Assembly (NCBI GenBank): GCA_027487215.1
Contig: JAIYDZ010000006.1
Coordinates: 1,829-65,828 of the forward strand
DNA from: Pseudomonadota bacterium
GTDB taxonomy: Bacteria > Babelota > Babeliae > Babelales > CAIQNR01
Direction of reading: 5' to 3'
Length of the DNA stretch: 64,000 bases
The position numbers were made by a program, and so were the translations under genes. Below the pieces are notes generated by a model. It saw nothing but the letters and a program-made list of their open reading frames with translations, did no database searches and was not told the DNA's origin. Position 1 is the first letter of the stretch, and the number at the start of each line of letters is the position of its first letter. Of this stretch, positions 28,733 through 38,464 are shown in pieces.

Positions 28733-30148
28733 TTACTCTTTTTCCTCTTTTAAAACACGTTTTTTCAATTCTTCTTTATCTGTGATTCCATTTTCAATCT
28801 GAATTGTATAGGCATGTTCAAGCATACGGCCCATTAATGGACCTGGAGTTACCTGATTAATCAGATCTGCACCCATTAAGACTGGCGCTTCCGGAGCATG
28901 TAAAACTCCTAATTTCTGCGCCTTTTGATAAAACTGCTCAAGAACTCCTGTGGGCAAGTCAGAAAGAGGAGCCCCTTTTAAAGGATTTCTTCCACTATGA
29001 TCAGCACGAGCAAGTTTGGTCAGCATTTCACAATGAGTATGTGGAGCAAGTTTTTTTGCAAGGCGTTTATAGGCAGCATCTCCGGCCCCATTTTTAATAA
29101 ATTGACCTGGCATCATATGATAACGAACAAGTACCAAGACAGTATCACGAATATCATGTTTATTAGTAATGCGGGCAAGTAACGCACGCGCCAACGGCAC
29201 CCCTTCAATATCATGCCCTATGGCACGAATTTTGCCCTCAACTACTCGCGTCGCAGTAACCTTACCCAAATCATGACATAAGGCAGCCATCATAAGCGTA
29301 AGGCGCTCCTGATCATTACTGCATTCTATCTGTGCTGCTTTATCAAGGGCTTGCATTGAATGTTCAAACACGTCACCTTCTGGGTGCCATGAAGGCTCTT
29401 GTTGTATTGCCCGAGTATTATAAAGTTCTGGGAGTAATTTTTTAAGACGACCGATATCTTCAAGCCACTTTAATCCTAATGAAGGTTGTGCTGACTTTAA
29501 AAAAAGTTTTTCATATTCTTGATAAATACGTTCTGGTGCAATATCAGTCAAATCCATCTTTGTGCAAAGTTCATTGAGTTGTGTGTCAGGAAGAAATCCA
29601 AAACGTCCTATAAACTGCATCACTCTAAAAAATCTTAATGGATCTTGAACAAATAACTCTGGGTCTGGTGCGCGCAACACCTTACGCTGCAGATCACGGC
29701 ATCCTTCAAAAGGATCAATGAGTGTGTACGCTACTAAATCTATACCCATGGCATTAATGGTAAGGTCTCTACGCGCAAAGGCCCGCTCAAGAGGCATATG
29801 AGGATCAAACTCAACACGGGGCTTTCTTCCAGATCCATCGGTGCGAGGAATTGACCAATCAATATCAATACCATCAATGCGTAGTACTCCAAATTGTTTA
29901 CCAACTAATCGTACAAAGCCAAATCGTCCCAATATTTTTTCAATTTGTGTCAGTTCAATTCCATGTATTTCAATATCAAGATCCTTTACTTTATAACCAA
30001 GCAAAAGATCACGTACTGCTCCACCAACAAGAAGTGCTCTGCCTCCTGAAGCACGTAAAGCTTCTACAATTGCTGTTACCTGAGGAAAATAAGGCAGAAT
30101 TTCATTTTTGAGCCTTTGAATATTGGCTGGAACTGTTGTACACTGCAT
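28733..30148 (-). CDS. cca: CCA-adding enzyme (tRNA nucleotidyltransferase with HD domain)
   Basis: LLVGGAVRDLLLG...DLDIE nucleotidyltransferase motif. RDLTINAM. HD motif ALCHDLGK. Confidence 0.9.
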   Translation of the reverse strand: MQCTTVPANIQRLKNEILPYFPQVTAIVEALRASGGRALLVGGAVRDLLLGYKVKDLDIEIHGIELTQIEKILGRFGFVRLVGKQFGVLRIDGIDIDWSIPRTDGSGRKPRVEFDPHMPLERAFARRDLTINAMGIDLVAYTLIDPFEGCRDLQRKVLRAPDPELFVQDPLRFFRVMQFIGRFGFLPDTQLNELCTKMDLTDIAPERIYQEYEKLFLKSAQPSLGLKWLEDIGRLKKLLPELYNTRAIQQEPSWHPEGDVFEHSMQALDKAAQIECSNDQERLTLMMAALCHDLGKVTATRVVEGKIRAIGHDIEGVPLARALLARITNKHDIRDTVLVLVRYHMMPGQFIKNGAGDAAYKRLAKKLAPHTHCEMLTKLARADHSGRNPLKGAPLSDLPTGVLEQFYQKAQKLGVLHAPEAPVLMGADLINQVTPGPLMGRMLEHAYTIQIENGITDKEELKKRVLKEEKE

Positions 30149-30180
30149 CGGAAATAATCCTTACATTAGTCAGGAGTACT

Positions 30181-31008
30181 ATGACATCTACACGTATTAG
30201 TAAAATAGTTTTACTTAGTTTTATGATACTACCAAGAAATGGTAACGCAGAAATCCCTCTTTTGAAAGATTTCCCTTTCTTTGAAAAAACAAAAGAGTTC
30301 TTTAGTCCTGCCAAACTAGAAGAAGTGACACTCAAGCAAAAGGTTGATACAGGATGCTTGATAACCCTTTCTAATAACAAAGGGCCTATTGAAATAAAAA
30401 CCTGGAAAGAAAAAGAAGTCCTGGTTAAAGCTCAAAAAAAAGGTTCCCTAGAAGAGCTTAACAACACAACCATCAAAAAAATTGTGGGAAAAGATTCTCT
30501 TATCATACAAACAGCAGGACTTAAAAAAGGCCGTACCTGCTCTGTCAGCTATACTGTTTTTATCCCTGAAACATCAACACTGCAATCAGTGCAAACTGTT
30601 GAAGGAAAAATTACTATCGCTCACACGATCCATGGTGTAAACGCAAAAACTGATTATGGTTCAATTGATCTTCATAATGTAAGCGGCTCTGTTAAAACAA
30701 GTTGCACAAAAGGATCAATTAAAATCACCTCAGATTCTCTTACGAGCGATGATTCAATCCTTGCTATTACCGGCAAAGGGACCATTACGGTCGTTACTCC
30801 TCAAGGAACTAACGCACATGTGCATCTTAAAACAAACAAAGGTTCTGTCTCCTCATCTCATCCTATTACCCTTGAAACGGTCACTATGGAATTTAATAAA
30901 GTGGCACTTTCAGATTTTAAAAAAGAAGTAAAAGGAAAAACTGGGCATGGTGGATCTTCTATTAAATTACACAGCTGCCAAGGTAATATAATCTTTTCAC
31001 AAGCTTAG
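30181..31008 (+). CDS. DUF4097-like beta-helix protein (putative adhesin family), secreted
   Basis: ATG 30181 with a CAGGAG SD. Repeated G-(S/T)-I-x-(I/L) rungs (GSIDLHNVSGSVKTSCTKGSIKITS, GKGTITVV, NKGSVSS). Confidence 0.55.
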   Translation: MTSTRISKIVLLSFMILPRNGNAEIPLLKDFPFFEKTKEFFSPAKLEEVTLKQKVDTGCLITLSNNKGPIEIKTWKEKEVLVKAQKKGSLEELNNTTIKKIVGKDSLIIQTAGLKKGRTCSVSYTVFIPETSTLQSVQTVEGKITIAHTIHGVNAKTDYGSIDLHNVSGSVKTSCTKGSIKITSDSLTSDDSILAITGKGTITVVTPQGTNAHVHLKTNKGSVSSSHPITLETVTMEFNKVALSDFKKEVKGKTGHGGSSIKLHSCQGNIIFSQA

Positions 31009-31135
31009 ATGGTTTTTTATACGCAACTGTTATGATAATAGCCCGGTAGATTTAAAAGAACTTGAGCAGTTCCTTTACAAAAAAGCCCAGTTTATTACCA
31101 TTTAAAATACTGTGTTTTCTTAAAAGGGGAATTTT

Positions 31136-31933
31136 GTGGGTTTTCTGACAACATTTGCGCTTCTGTTGGCACTCTTTATTGGCCTTGCATGGTTCTTTGG
31201 CGATGAATCTCCCATCATCGATCGATCTGTGCTGTATGCTCCAACAGAAGATGATGAGTATGTTGCTTCACTACAAAATATTCCTTTTACAACAACGCCC
31301 ACTGTTTCTGTTCACTCTATTAATGGCCCTATCAAAATAATCGGTCACGCTCATAAAAACATTGTCATACAAGTAACCAAGCGCGGCGATAGAAAACAGT
31401 TTAATAAAGTACATGCAAAAGTTCATGCAACCAAAGATTCCCTTATCATTTCAACTCACTATGAAACTCGCTACACACAGAGTGTTGCACTTGAATATAC
31501 ACTCAGTGTTCCCTTCAGCACACGATGCAAACTGCTCAAAACAACAAATGGATCAATCTCTCTTGAACGTGTCTATGGGCCAATTCAATGCGAAACTGTG
31601 AATGGTGAAATTAGTATCAATGATTCAAAAAGCTCCATAAAGGCCTATTCAGGAAATGGTACAATCAAACTTATAGTCAATAAAGCAACTGACCAAAACA
31701 GTATCGATCTGACTACCGTAAATGGATTTATTGAATGCCAGCTGCCTCAAAAAATCTCTGCTACTCTTCGAGCAAAAACTCATATTGGCACAATAAAGTC
31801 AGCATTTCCTGTATTATCATCAGCTGGGTTTGTGTCAGGCCAAGAGCTGTCAGGAACAATTGGCGCTGGCAAAGGCGCTCTCATTAGTCTTAAAACATCC
31901 AATGGATCAATTATAATTGATGCAAAAGAATAA
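31136..31933 (+). CDS. DUF4097-like beta-helix protein, TM-anchored paralog
   Basis: 265 aa with a GTG start. N-terminal TM helix. Rungs TTNGSISLERVYGPIQCETVNGEISINDSKSSIKAYSGNGTIKL and TSNGSIIID. Confidence 0.55.
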   Translation: MGFLTTFALLLALFIGLAWFFGDESPIIDRSVLYAPTEDDEYVASLQNIPFTTTPTVSVHSINGPIKIIGHAHKNIVIQVTKRGDRKQFNKVHAKVHATKDSLIISTHYETRYTQSVALEYTLSVPFSTRCKLLKTTNGSISLERVYGPIQCETVNGEISINDSKSSIKAYSGNGTIKLIVNKATDQNSIDLTTVNGFIECQLPQKISATLRAKTHIGTIKSAFPVLSSAGFVSGQELSGTIGAGKGALISLKTSNGSIIIDAKE

Positions 31934-32030
31934 AATTAATTTTTTGATAGCACATTTATCAAGAGAAATAATTATCGAATCTGATTAAGAACTTATTTTG
32001 AAAAAAATATTTGTACTTACAGAAAAAGTA

Positions 32031-32103
32031 TGGAGCTGAGCGGGATCGAACCGCTGACCTCATGAATGCCATCCATGCGCTCTACCAACTGAGCTACAGC
32101 CCC
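32031..32103 (-). tRNA. tRNA-Ala (anticodon GGC)
   Basis: The reverse complement GGGGCTGTAGCTCAGTTGGTAGAGCGCATGGATGGCATTCATGAGGTCAGCGGTTCGATCCCGCTCAGCTCCA folds as a cloverleaf. G3:U70 Ala identity pair is present. Anticodon loop ATGGCAT. Confidence 0.9.
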
Positions 32104-32200
32104 GAATAATTTCAGATTTTTTTTTACTTGAACAAATACAAAAGTATAGTTAGTGTAGTTGATCACTTATAAAATGCAACTCTCACAAAGGAGATTATTT

Positions 32201-34006
32201 ATGAAACTGTCAAAGCGCCTTCTATTACTACTGATAGCGCCACTTTCGGCGTCAGCACTTTCGGTTAATGCACGACAAATTCAGATCACACCGTTTACTA
32301 CCGATGTCATTACACAGGTTCATCTTGAACCAGGAGAACAGGTTTACAAAAATACTGTTCTTATCTCTGCCAATAGTCCTTATGTAGATCTGTCTACCTG
32401 GACAACTGATCGTGAAGCATCAGGACTGTATGATAAAAATTCAAAAATTACTGCTCTTGGATTTGATAAAGATTTTTCACTTTTTACCACCGCAACACTT
32501 CAAACTGACGCACCTCAAGCGCAAACAGATCTTAATATTTCTCTTAAAAGCTCTCTTGAAAGCCAAGCACACGAAACAAAAATTGGACTTAATTTTTTAG
32601 CACGCACCCTTTCAACTGAAGAAATCGCTCAACAGACAGCTTCTTCATCATCTGCAAGCCCTGCTTCAAAAGGAACACCTTCTGCAAAAGCATCAAGCTT
32701 TTTAGGAAAGGTTACTTCTTCTTTGAAAAAATTTGCTGGAAGACTTTTTGATATACATGCTCTTTCAAATGCACTTACTACTACTCGCTCAATTCCTTTA
32801 CAAATCCTTTTAGCATTAATACTTGGTATCTTATTAAGCCTTACCCCTTGCATCTATCCGATGATTCCTATTACTGTCGGTGTACTGCAAGCACAAGGTA
32901 GTAAATCAGTACTACAAAACTTCATTCTCTCACTTGCTTATACCCTTGGACTCTCAGTAACGTTTGCCTGTATGGGACTTCTTGCTGCGACCACGGGAGA
33001 AGCTTTTGGACAGATGCTTGCAAACCCACTGTTTGTAATTTTTATTGTTGCGGTGCTTTGTTATTTTGCATTTTCATTATTTGGATTTTATAACCTGTAC
33101 CTTCCACGATTCTTACAACAAAAAAGAAGTATTTCAGGCGGCGGATCGTTTTTCTCAATCTTCCTGTTTGGACTTATGAGCGGAACAGTTGCATCACCAT
33201 GCCTTTCACCAGGACTTGCTTTAATTCTCTCTATGGTCGCTTCAATGGCAAATAAATCGTTAGGCTTTTTGCTTCTGTTTGCATTTGGAATAGGAATCAG
33301 TACTCCGCTCTTAATCATTGGAACATTCTCAAGTTCACTTAAAGTACTTCCAAAAGCGGGAATGTGGATGCTTGAAGTTCAAAAGATTTTTGGGTTTATG
33401 CTTATTGGAATGTCATTCTATTATTTGAATAACATTTTGCCTCATTCAATTATTATGGTGATGTTAACCATTAGCACTGTATGCATGGGTGTCTTTTACC
33501 TTAAGTCTATTACAAGCCACGATTCAGCTGGATGGAAACTGTTTAAAAATATGGTAGGTATTGGAGCAATTGCAGCTTCAGTATTTCTGTTTGTAGAAAG
33601 CATGCAGGAAATCTACAATCCAAAGCTTGATGATGGCATTGAAGCAACCTGGTATACCGATTACGATAAAGCAGTACACGACGCACAAGACCAAGGTAAA
33701 AAAATCCTTGTTGATTTCTGGGCAGCACAATGTTCAATATGCAAATTAATTGCTGAAAAAGTATTAAAACATCCTGCTGTTGTTAAAGAACTTGAAAAAG
33801 ATTATATCGTACTTTCAGTTGACGGAACCAACTCACACTTAGAACCATACGTCAGCTTACGACCGCGTTATCAGGTGCTTGGATTTCCTACCATTATTGT
33901 GATTGACCCACACACTGGCCAAGAACTACGCCGTTGGCAGGGTGAGCTTGAAGACGAAGATATCGCTGTGGTAATTCAAGAACTTGAAAAACACTCACAG
34001 CATTAA
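32201..34006 (+). CDS. dsbD: Thiol:disulfide interchange protein DsbD-like
   Basis: ATG 32201 after AAAGGAGA. Signal peptide. CcdA-type TM core with LTPCIYP and VASPCLSPG. C-terminal thioredoxin fold with WAAQCSICK. Confidence 0.8.
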   Translation: MKLSKRLLLLLIAPLSASALSVNARQIQITPFTTDVITQVHLEPGEQVYKNTVLISANSPYVDLSTWTTDREASGLYDKNSKITALGFDKDFSLFTTATLQTDAPQAQTDLNISLKSSLESQAHETKIGLNFLARTLSTEEIAQQTASSSSASPASKGTPSAKASSFLGKVTSSLKKFAGRLFDIHALSNALTTTRSIPLQILLALILGILLSLTPCIYPMIPITVGVLQAQGSKSVLQNFILSLAYTLGLSVTFACMGLLAATTGEAFGQMLANPLFVIFIVAVLCYFAFSLFGFYNLYLPRFLQQKRSISGGGSFFSIFLFGLMSGTVASPCLSPGLALILSMVASMANKSLGFLLLFAFGIGISTPLLIIGTFSSSLKVLPKAGMWMLEVQKIFGFMLIGMSFYYLNNILPHSIIMVMLTISTVCMGVFYLKSITSHDSAGWKLFKNMVGIGAIAASVFLFVESMQEIYNPKLDDGIEATWYTDYDKAVHDAQDQGKKILVDFWAAQCSICKLIAEKVLKHPAVVKELEKDYIVLSVDGTNSHLEPYVSLRPRYQVLGFPTIIVIDPHTGQELRRWQGELEDEDIAVVIQELEKHSQH

Positions 34007-34033
34007 TTTTGTAACATTTACAAAAAGATACAT

Positions 34034-34061
34034 AAAAAAGGGACCATTACTGGTCCCTTTT
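34034..34061. terminator. Bidirectional terminator between dsbD and hpf
   Basis: GGGACCA-TTAC-TGGTCCC, flanked by an A-run and a T-run. Confidence 0.65.
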
Positions 34062-34087
34062 AATTTTACTCATACCTTACGCAGCAG

Positions 34088-34411
34088 TTAGCAACATTTG
34101 CTACTATCACGTTTATCTAACATTTTATCTTTGTTCTTTTTGATTTCTTCAACAACATGTTTTACCACGTAATCGATAACCACATAAATATCAGTGCCTT
34201 CGTGTGACATCACAACATGATGGTGCTTACTTTTTAAACGAATTTCAACCTTGTGATGTTGATGTTGTTTATGCGCTTCTAAAACCATATCAACCTGTAT
34301 TGGATCGACCTCATGACTCAAAAACTTATCAGTTTTGCTCAGAGCTTCGCGTGCATAGTCTTCTAGAAGTTGTGAATGCTCCATGCCACGAAATACAATA
34401 CGAGTATTCAT
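34088..34411 (-). CDS. hpf: Ribosome hibernation promoting factor (short HPF/RaiA family)
   Basis: 107 aa. Pattern MNTRIVFRGMEHSQLLEDYAREALSKTDKF...VEIRLKSK...GTDIYVVIDYVVKHVVEEIKKNKDK matches the HPF/YfiA layout. Confidence 0.75.
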   Translation of the reverse strand: MNTRIVFRGMEHSQLLEDYAREALSKTDKFLSHEVDPIQVDMVLEAHKQHQHHKVEIRLKSKHHHVVMSHEGTDIYVVIDYVVKHVVEEIKKNKDKMLDKRDSSKCC

Positions 34412-34656
34412 AGAATTCTCCTGTGTTAACCACTTTATTATTTCAATGATTCAGCACAATCCTAACATAAACTTTAATAATGATATATTCATCACTAAAT
34501 GCCATTCATTTTTCAAATTCCACATATCATCATGCTTCAACTTTTTTAAGGCAGAGCCGAGAACATTATAAAAAATATAAAATCTACAGCAAAAAAGCTT
34601 CTTAAAAAGAAATCTTCTCAAAAAGCTTTTTTAATAATTTACTAAACATTTAAATC

Positions 34657-35976
34657 TTAAAAAGGTTTTACTCGCTTAACCACAAACTGAATAGGAACTC
34701 CGACCAATTCATAAGTCTTGCGCAATAAATTCTCAAAAAACCCAAGTTGACTTGTTTCAAACCATCCCGGTTCATTCACGTTCAAGCGGAATGTTGGCGG
34801 CTTTGAGGTAATCTGTTTTACTGAATACAATTTTAGTTTTTGCTGATTACGATATAACGGTGTTTTTTCAAGTGCTGTTTTAAGCAATAATGAAATTTCA
34901 GACATTGATACATGGAACTGATAGCGATCCCATACAGTCATAATAAGGGGCATTAACTTACCCACATTATGGCCTGTTTTGCATGAAATAGTTAATTTTT
35001 CTAATTTCTTAAAAAGATGTTCATACACATCTTCATCATATTTCCATTGCTCTACAGTATTATCATCCATCAAATCATGTTTGTTTTTAACAAGAATTAA
35101 TGCTTTACCTGTTTCAAATACAAACTGAGCAAGACGAAGCTCTTGATGAGAAATCTGACCTTCAGAACCGTCCACTAACAATACCACAATATCTGCGTCT
35201 CTGACGGCTTGCAGTGAACTTTTGACCATCATCTCTTCGATGCCTTCGTCAACTGAACGTTTACGTCGCACACCAGCCGTGTCAGTCACCTGAATAGTTT
35301 CACTATAAAATGCAACTTTATCACTAATTGCTTCGCGAGTAGTCCCTGCAATTTCACTTACTAAAGTACGTTCTTTTTGAAGCAAAAAGTTCATTAATGA
35401 TGATTTGCCTACGTTGGGCTTGCCTAAGAAAACCACTCTTAACTCTGCCTTAGTAGTATCTTCACTCACATCTTTAGGCAAACGATCAACAATCATCTGT
35501 AAAAGATCTGCGGTATTAGTACCATGTTGTGCAGAAATCAATAAAGTGTCTTCAAATCCCAAACGATCAAACTCTGGTGCAAGATCTTTTGTAATTTTTG
35601 CATCAACTTTATTAACAAGAAGCATGGTAGGCTTACCAAGTTTATGAACATAGGATCCGATGGCACGGTCTTCAGGAAGAAGTCCGACTGTTCCATCAAC
35701 CATAAACATAATAATACTTGCCTTATCAAGCACTTCAAGTGCTCGAAGACGAACTCGTTCCATCAAAGGATCGTGCGATTTGCGCAACTGAATACCACCT
35801 GTATCAACAAGGTCAAATGATTTGCCTTGCCAGGTAACAGTATCTTCAAGAAAATCTCTGGTCACCCCGACATAATCAAGGGTCAAACTTTTCACATTTG
35901 TTGATAAGCGATTAAAAAGGGTAGATTTACCCACGTTAGTACGACCAACAACAACAACTTTATGTAACTTTTTCAT
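34657..35976 (-). CDS. der: GTPase Der (EngA), double G-domain
   Basis: G1 motifs GRTNVGKSTLFN and GKPNVGKSSLMN. Two DTAG/DTGG motifs and NKxD motifs. KH-like C-terminus. Confidence 0.95.
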   Translation of the reverse strand: MKKLHKVVVVGRTNVGKSTLFNRLSTNVKSLTLDYVGVTRDFLEDTVTWQGKSFDLVDTGGIQLRKSHDPLMERVRLRALEVLDKASIIMFMVDGTVGLLPEDRAIGSYVHKLGKPTMLLVNKVDAKITKDLAPEFDRLGFEDTLLISAQHGTNTADLLQMIVDRLPKDVSEDTTKAELRVVFLGKPNVGKSSLMNFLLQKERTLVSEIAGTTREAISDKVAFYSETIQVTDTAGVRRKRSVDEGIEEMMVKSSLQAVRDADIVVLLVDGSEGQISHQELRLAQFVFETGKALILVKNKHDLMDDNTVEQWKYDEDVYEHLFKKLEKLTISCKTGHNVGKLMPLIMTVWDRYQFHVSMSEISLLLKTALEKTPLYRNQQKLKLYSVKQITSKPPTFRLNVNEPGWFETSQLGFFENLLRKTYELVGVPIQFVVKRVKPF

Positions 35977-37648
35977 CGTTCAAAACCTCTACAACCGTTC
36001 CACCAAATACTTCTACCAAATCGTTGGCAAGTTTCCATTTCTCTTTATCAGAAACGTCAACTGCTGCTACCTTCTTTTTTGGCGCAGGAGAAGCTATTTT
36101 GTGCGAAACAGAAGATACTTCTGAACGCTCAGTACCACCAACAGATTTTTGAACTGTGACAGGTGCAGTAACTTTTCCGGCATCAAATCGAATAACCGGT
36201 TTAATTGTATCACCAAAAACTATTTTCAAGAAGCCCATCCATGCAACTTCCTTATCCTTAAGCCATTCAGCAAAGAAAGGAGCATCAGCCGGCAACTGAA
36301 TAATAAGCTCAGAGCGTTCAACATCAAGCCCACCAAATTCTGCCTGTTTAAAAATTGAAGCAATAAGTGGATCGCCCATTCCATCAATTTTATCAAGAAA
36401 TCCCCGCCATCCTGAACTTTGGATTGGGACTTGAGCTGCAACAGGAGCTACTGGCTGCTCTACAGGAGTGCTTGGCACATTACTTATTGTTTTTTTTTCA
36501 ATAACTGGGGAAGGTAAAACTGGCTCAGCCATACGCGCTTTACCGTGAACTTCGTGACACATAGTTAAAAACAGTACCTCCAAAAGTCCATGCTGAACCG
36601 TTGTTTTAAGAAAGACCAGCTCGTGTTCATACAACATTTCTGAGTAGCGCACTAACTGATCCAGCGTGACGGCTTTTACAATCTTTTCAAATCGAATTGT
36701 GTTTTGAATGGCTCCTGGTCGAGTAGTCCCATATTTTGCATATAAGGCGGTGCGGACCATGTTTTGAAATGCATGCCAGATACTGACTGCATTAAACGAT
36801 TCAAAATTGATAGTTTTAATATATCGCAATAATTTTTCTTGATCTCGCGCAACAATACACCCAAAAATACCCATGAGGTGTTCTTCAGATAAATGCCCAA
36901 GTACGCGGATAACCGCTTCGTGAGTAACGACTTCTTCAGAAAAGCGAACCTGTTCAAGTAAGTTAAGCGCATCACGAGCAGAGCCTTCTGTCTCTTTTAC
37001 AATAGTATAAAGTGCAACTTCTTGTGCTTGAATGTTTTCAACTTCACACACATGTTTTAAATGATCGACCAGTTGCTGTGTATCAATGGCTCCAAAAAAA
37101 ACCTGGAAACAACGAGAACGTACCGTATCAATAATTTTTTGTGGATCGGTCGTTGCAAGGATAAAGATCACCGATACTGGTGGTTCTTCTAAAATTTTAA
37201 GAAACGCATTAAATGCTGCCTTACTAAGCATGTGCGCTTCATCGATCAAATAAATCTTTTTAGAGCCCATTACCGGTAAAAATGAAGCCGCATCAATAAT
37301 AGTACGAACATTATCAACGCCAGTATTTGAAGCAGCATCCATTTCAATAAAATCTGGGTGAGCTCCGGCACTCATTGCTTTGCAAGAAGCGCAGGCTAAA
37401 CAGGGAACCTGATTTGCTTGTGGATTACTTTGAAAATCAAGCAGTCGCTCACAATTTAATGCCGCTGCAAACAGTCGAGCGCTCGTTGTTTTACCACACC
37501 CTCTCTGGCCAGAAAAAAGATAGACCGGAAATAATTGGTTGCGGTACAAACTATTTTTGAGCATTCTCACCGAAAGCTCTTGCCCAACGACTTGGTCAAA
37601 AGTTTTTGAGCGCCATTTGCGTGCAAGATTGCGATTATCAACTGTCAC
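35960..37648 (-). CDS. dnaX: DNA polymerase III subunits tau/gamma
   Basis: Walker A GQRGCGKTTSARLFA. Zn module CLACASCKAM. Walker B YLIDEAHML. SRC motif TVRSRC. Confidence 0.95.
   Translation of the reverse strand: MTVDNRNLARKWRSKTFDQVVGQELSVRMLKNSLYRNQLFPVYLFSGQRGCGKTTSARLFAAALNCERLLDFQSNPQANQVPCLACASCKAMSAGAHPDFIEMDAASNTGVDNVRTIIDAASFLPVMGSKKIYLIDEAHMLSKAAFNAFLKILEEPPVSVIFILATTDPQKIIDTVRSRCFQVFFGAIDTQQLVDHLKHVCEVENIQAQEVALYTIVKETEGSARDALNLLEQVRFSEEVVTHEAVIRVLGHLSEEHLMGIFGCIVARDQEKLLRYIKTINFESFNAVSIWHAFQNMVRTALYAKYGTTRPGAIQNTIRFEKIVKAVTLDQLVRYSEMLYEHELVFLKTTVQHGLLEVLFLTMCHEVHGKARMAEPVLPSPVIEKKTISNVPSTPVEQPVAPVAAQVPIQSSGWRGFLDKIDGMGDPLIASIFKQAEFGGLDVERSELIIQLPADAPFFAEWLKDKEVAWMGFLKIVFGDTIKPVIRFDAGKVTAPVTVQKSVGGTERSEVSSVSHKIASPAPKKKVAAVDVSDKEKWKLANDLVEVFGGTVVEVLNDEKVT
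36490..36498 (-). promoter_or_regulatory. A9 slippery run inside dnaX (candidate programmed slippage site for a gamma product)
   Basis: Coding strand is GAA AAA AAA ACA ATA AGT AAT G. Both shifted frames hit TAA within 1-3 codons. Confidence 0.5.
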
Positions 37649-37751
37649 AGATTTCCCTTTGTAAGTAAGAACTTCACCTGTCTAGTGTAGCCAGGAGTAC
37701 CGCGATTGACAAACGCTTTGCAAAAATTACACAACCGATCAAACGCCCTCT

Positions 37752-38450
37752 TTATTCTAACGTCTGTTTGGTTCCAATTGAAGAGTAGAGGTTTTGAGCA
37801 GCCGTCCAATCGACCACCTGCCACCATGCATCGATGTACGCATCTCTCTTACTAAAATACTGTAAATAGTAGGCATGTTCCCACACATCAAGGTTTAATA
37901 AGGGAATCAATCCCTGAGACAAAGGAGAGTCTTGATTAGTTGTTGTAACAATTGAAAGCATACCTTGCGCGTCAGCACATACCCATACCCATCCACTGCC
38001 AAAAACTCCTTTTGCCGCACGAGTAAATTCATCTTTGAACTTTTCCCATGTGCCCCACTTGTCTTTGAGTGCACGCAGCATTTTACCACCAGGTTTACGT
38101 TTTCCAGTCGGCGACATACTCTTCCAAAATAAAGTATGATTGGCAACCCCACCAGCATTATTAACAACTGCTGTGCGAATTGAGCCAGGAATAGTATCAA
38201 GACGTTTGAGCAACTCTTCAACTGAAACTGCACATTCTGAAGTTTCTTTTAAAAGCGCATTGAGTTTTGAAAGATATCCTTTGTAATGCGATTCATAATG
38301 AAGCTGCATAATATCTTTTGAAATATACGGCTCTAACGCATCATATTCATACGGCAAAGGAGAAAGTTTAAACTCACACACTCGTGAAAAAATAGGTGCC
38401 GTCCATACAACAGCACCGACAATAAACCCTAACAATTGAAGTCGCTTCAC
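37752..38450 (-). CDS. Fe/Mn superoxide dismutase with N-terminal signal peptide
   Basis: GTG 38450 is preceded by GGAGAG (38455-38460). Product (M)KRLQLLGFIVGAVVWTAPIFS, then canonical FKLSPLPYEYDALEPYIS...DVWEHAYYLQY. Confidence 0.85.
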   Translation of the reverse strand: MKRLQLLGFIVGAVVWTAPIFSRVCEFKLSPLPYEYDALEPYISKDIMQLHYESHYKGYLSKLNALLKETSECAVSVEELLKRLDTIPGSIRTAVVNNAGGVANHTLFWKSMSPTGKRKPGGKMLRALKDKWGTWEKFKDEFTRAAKGVFGSGWVWVCADAQGMLSIVTTTNQDSPLSQGLIPLLNLDVWEHAYYLQYFSKRDAYIDAWWQVVDWTAAQNLYSSIGTKQTLE

Positions 38451-38464
38451 CCTACTCTCCTTTT

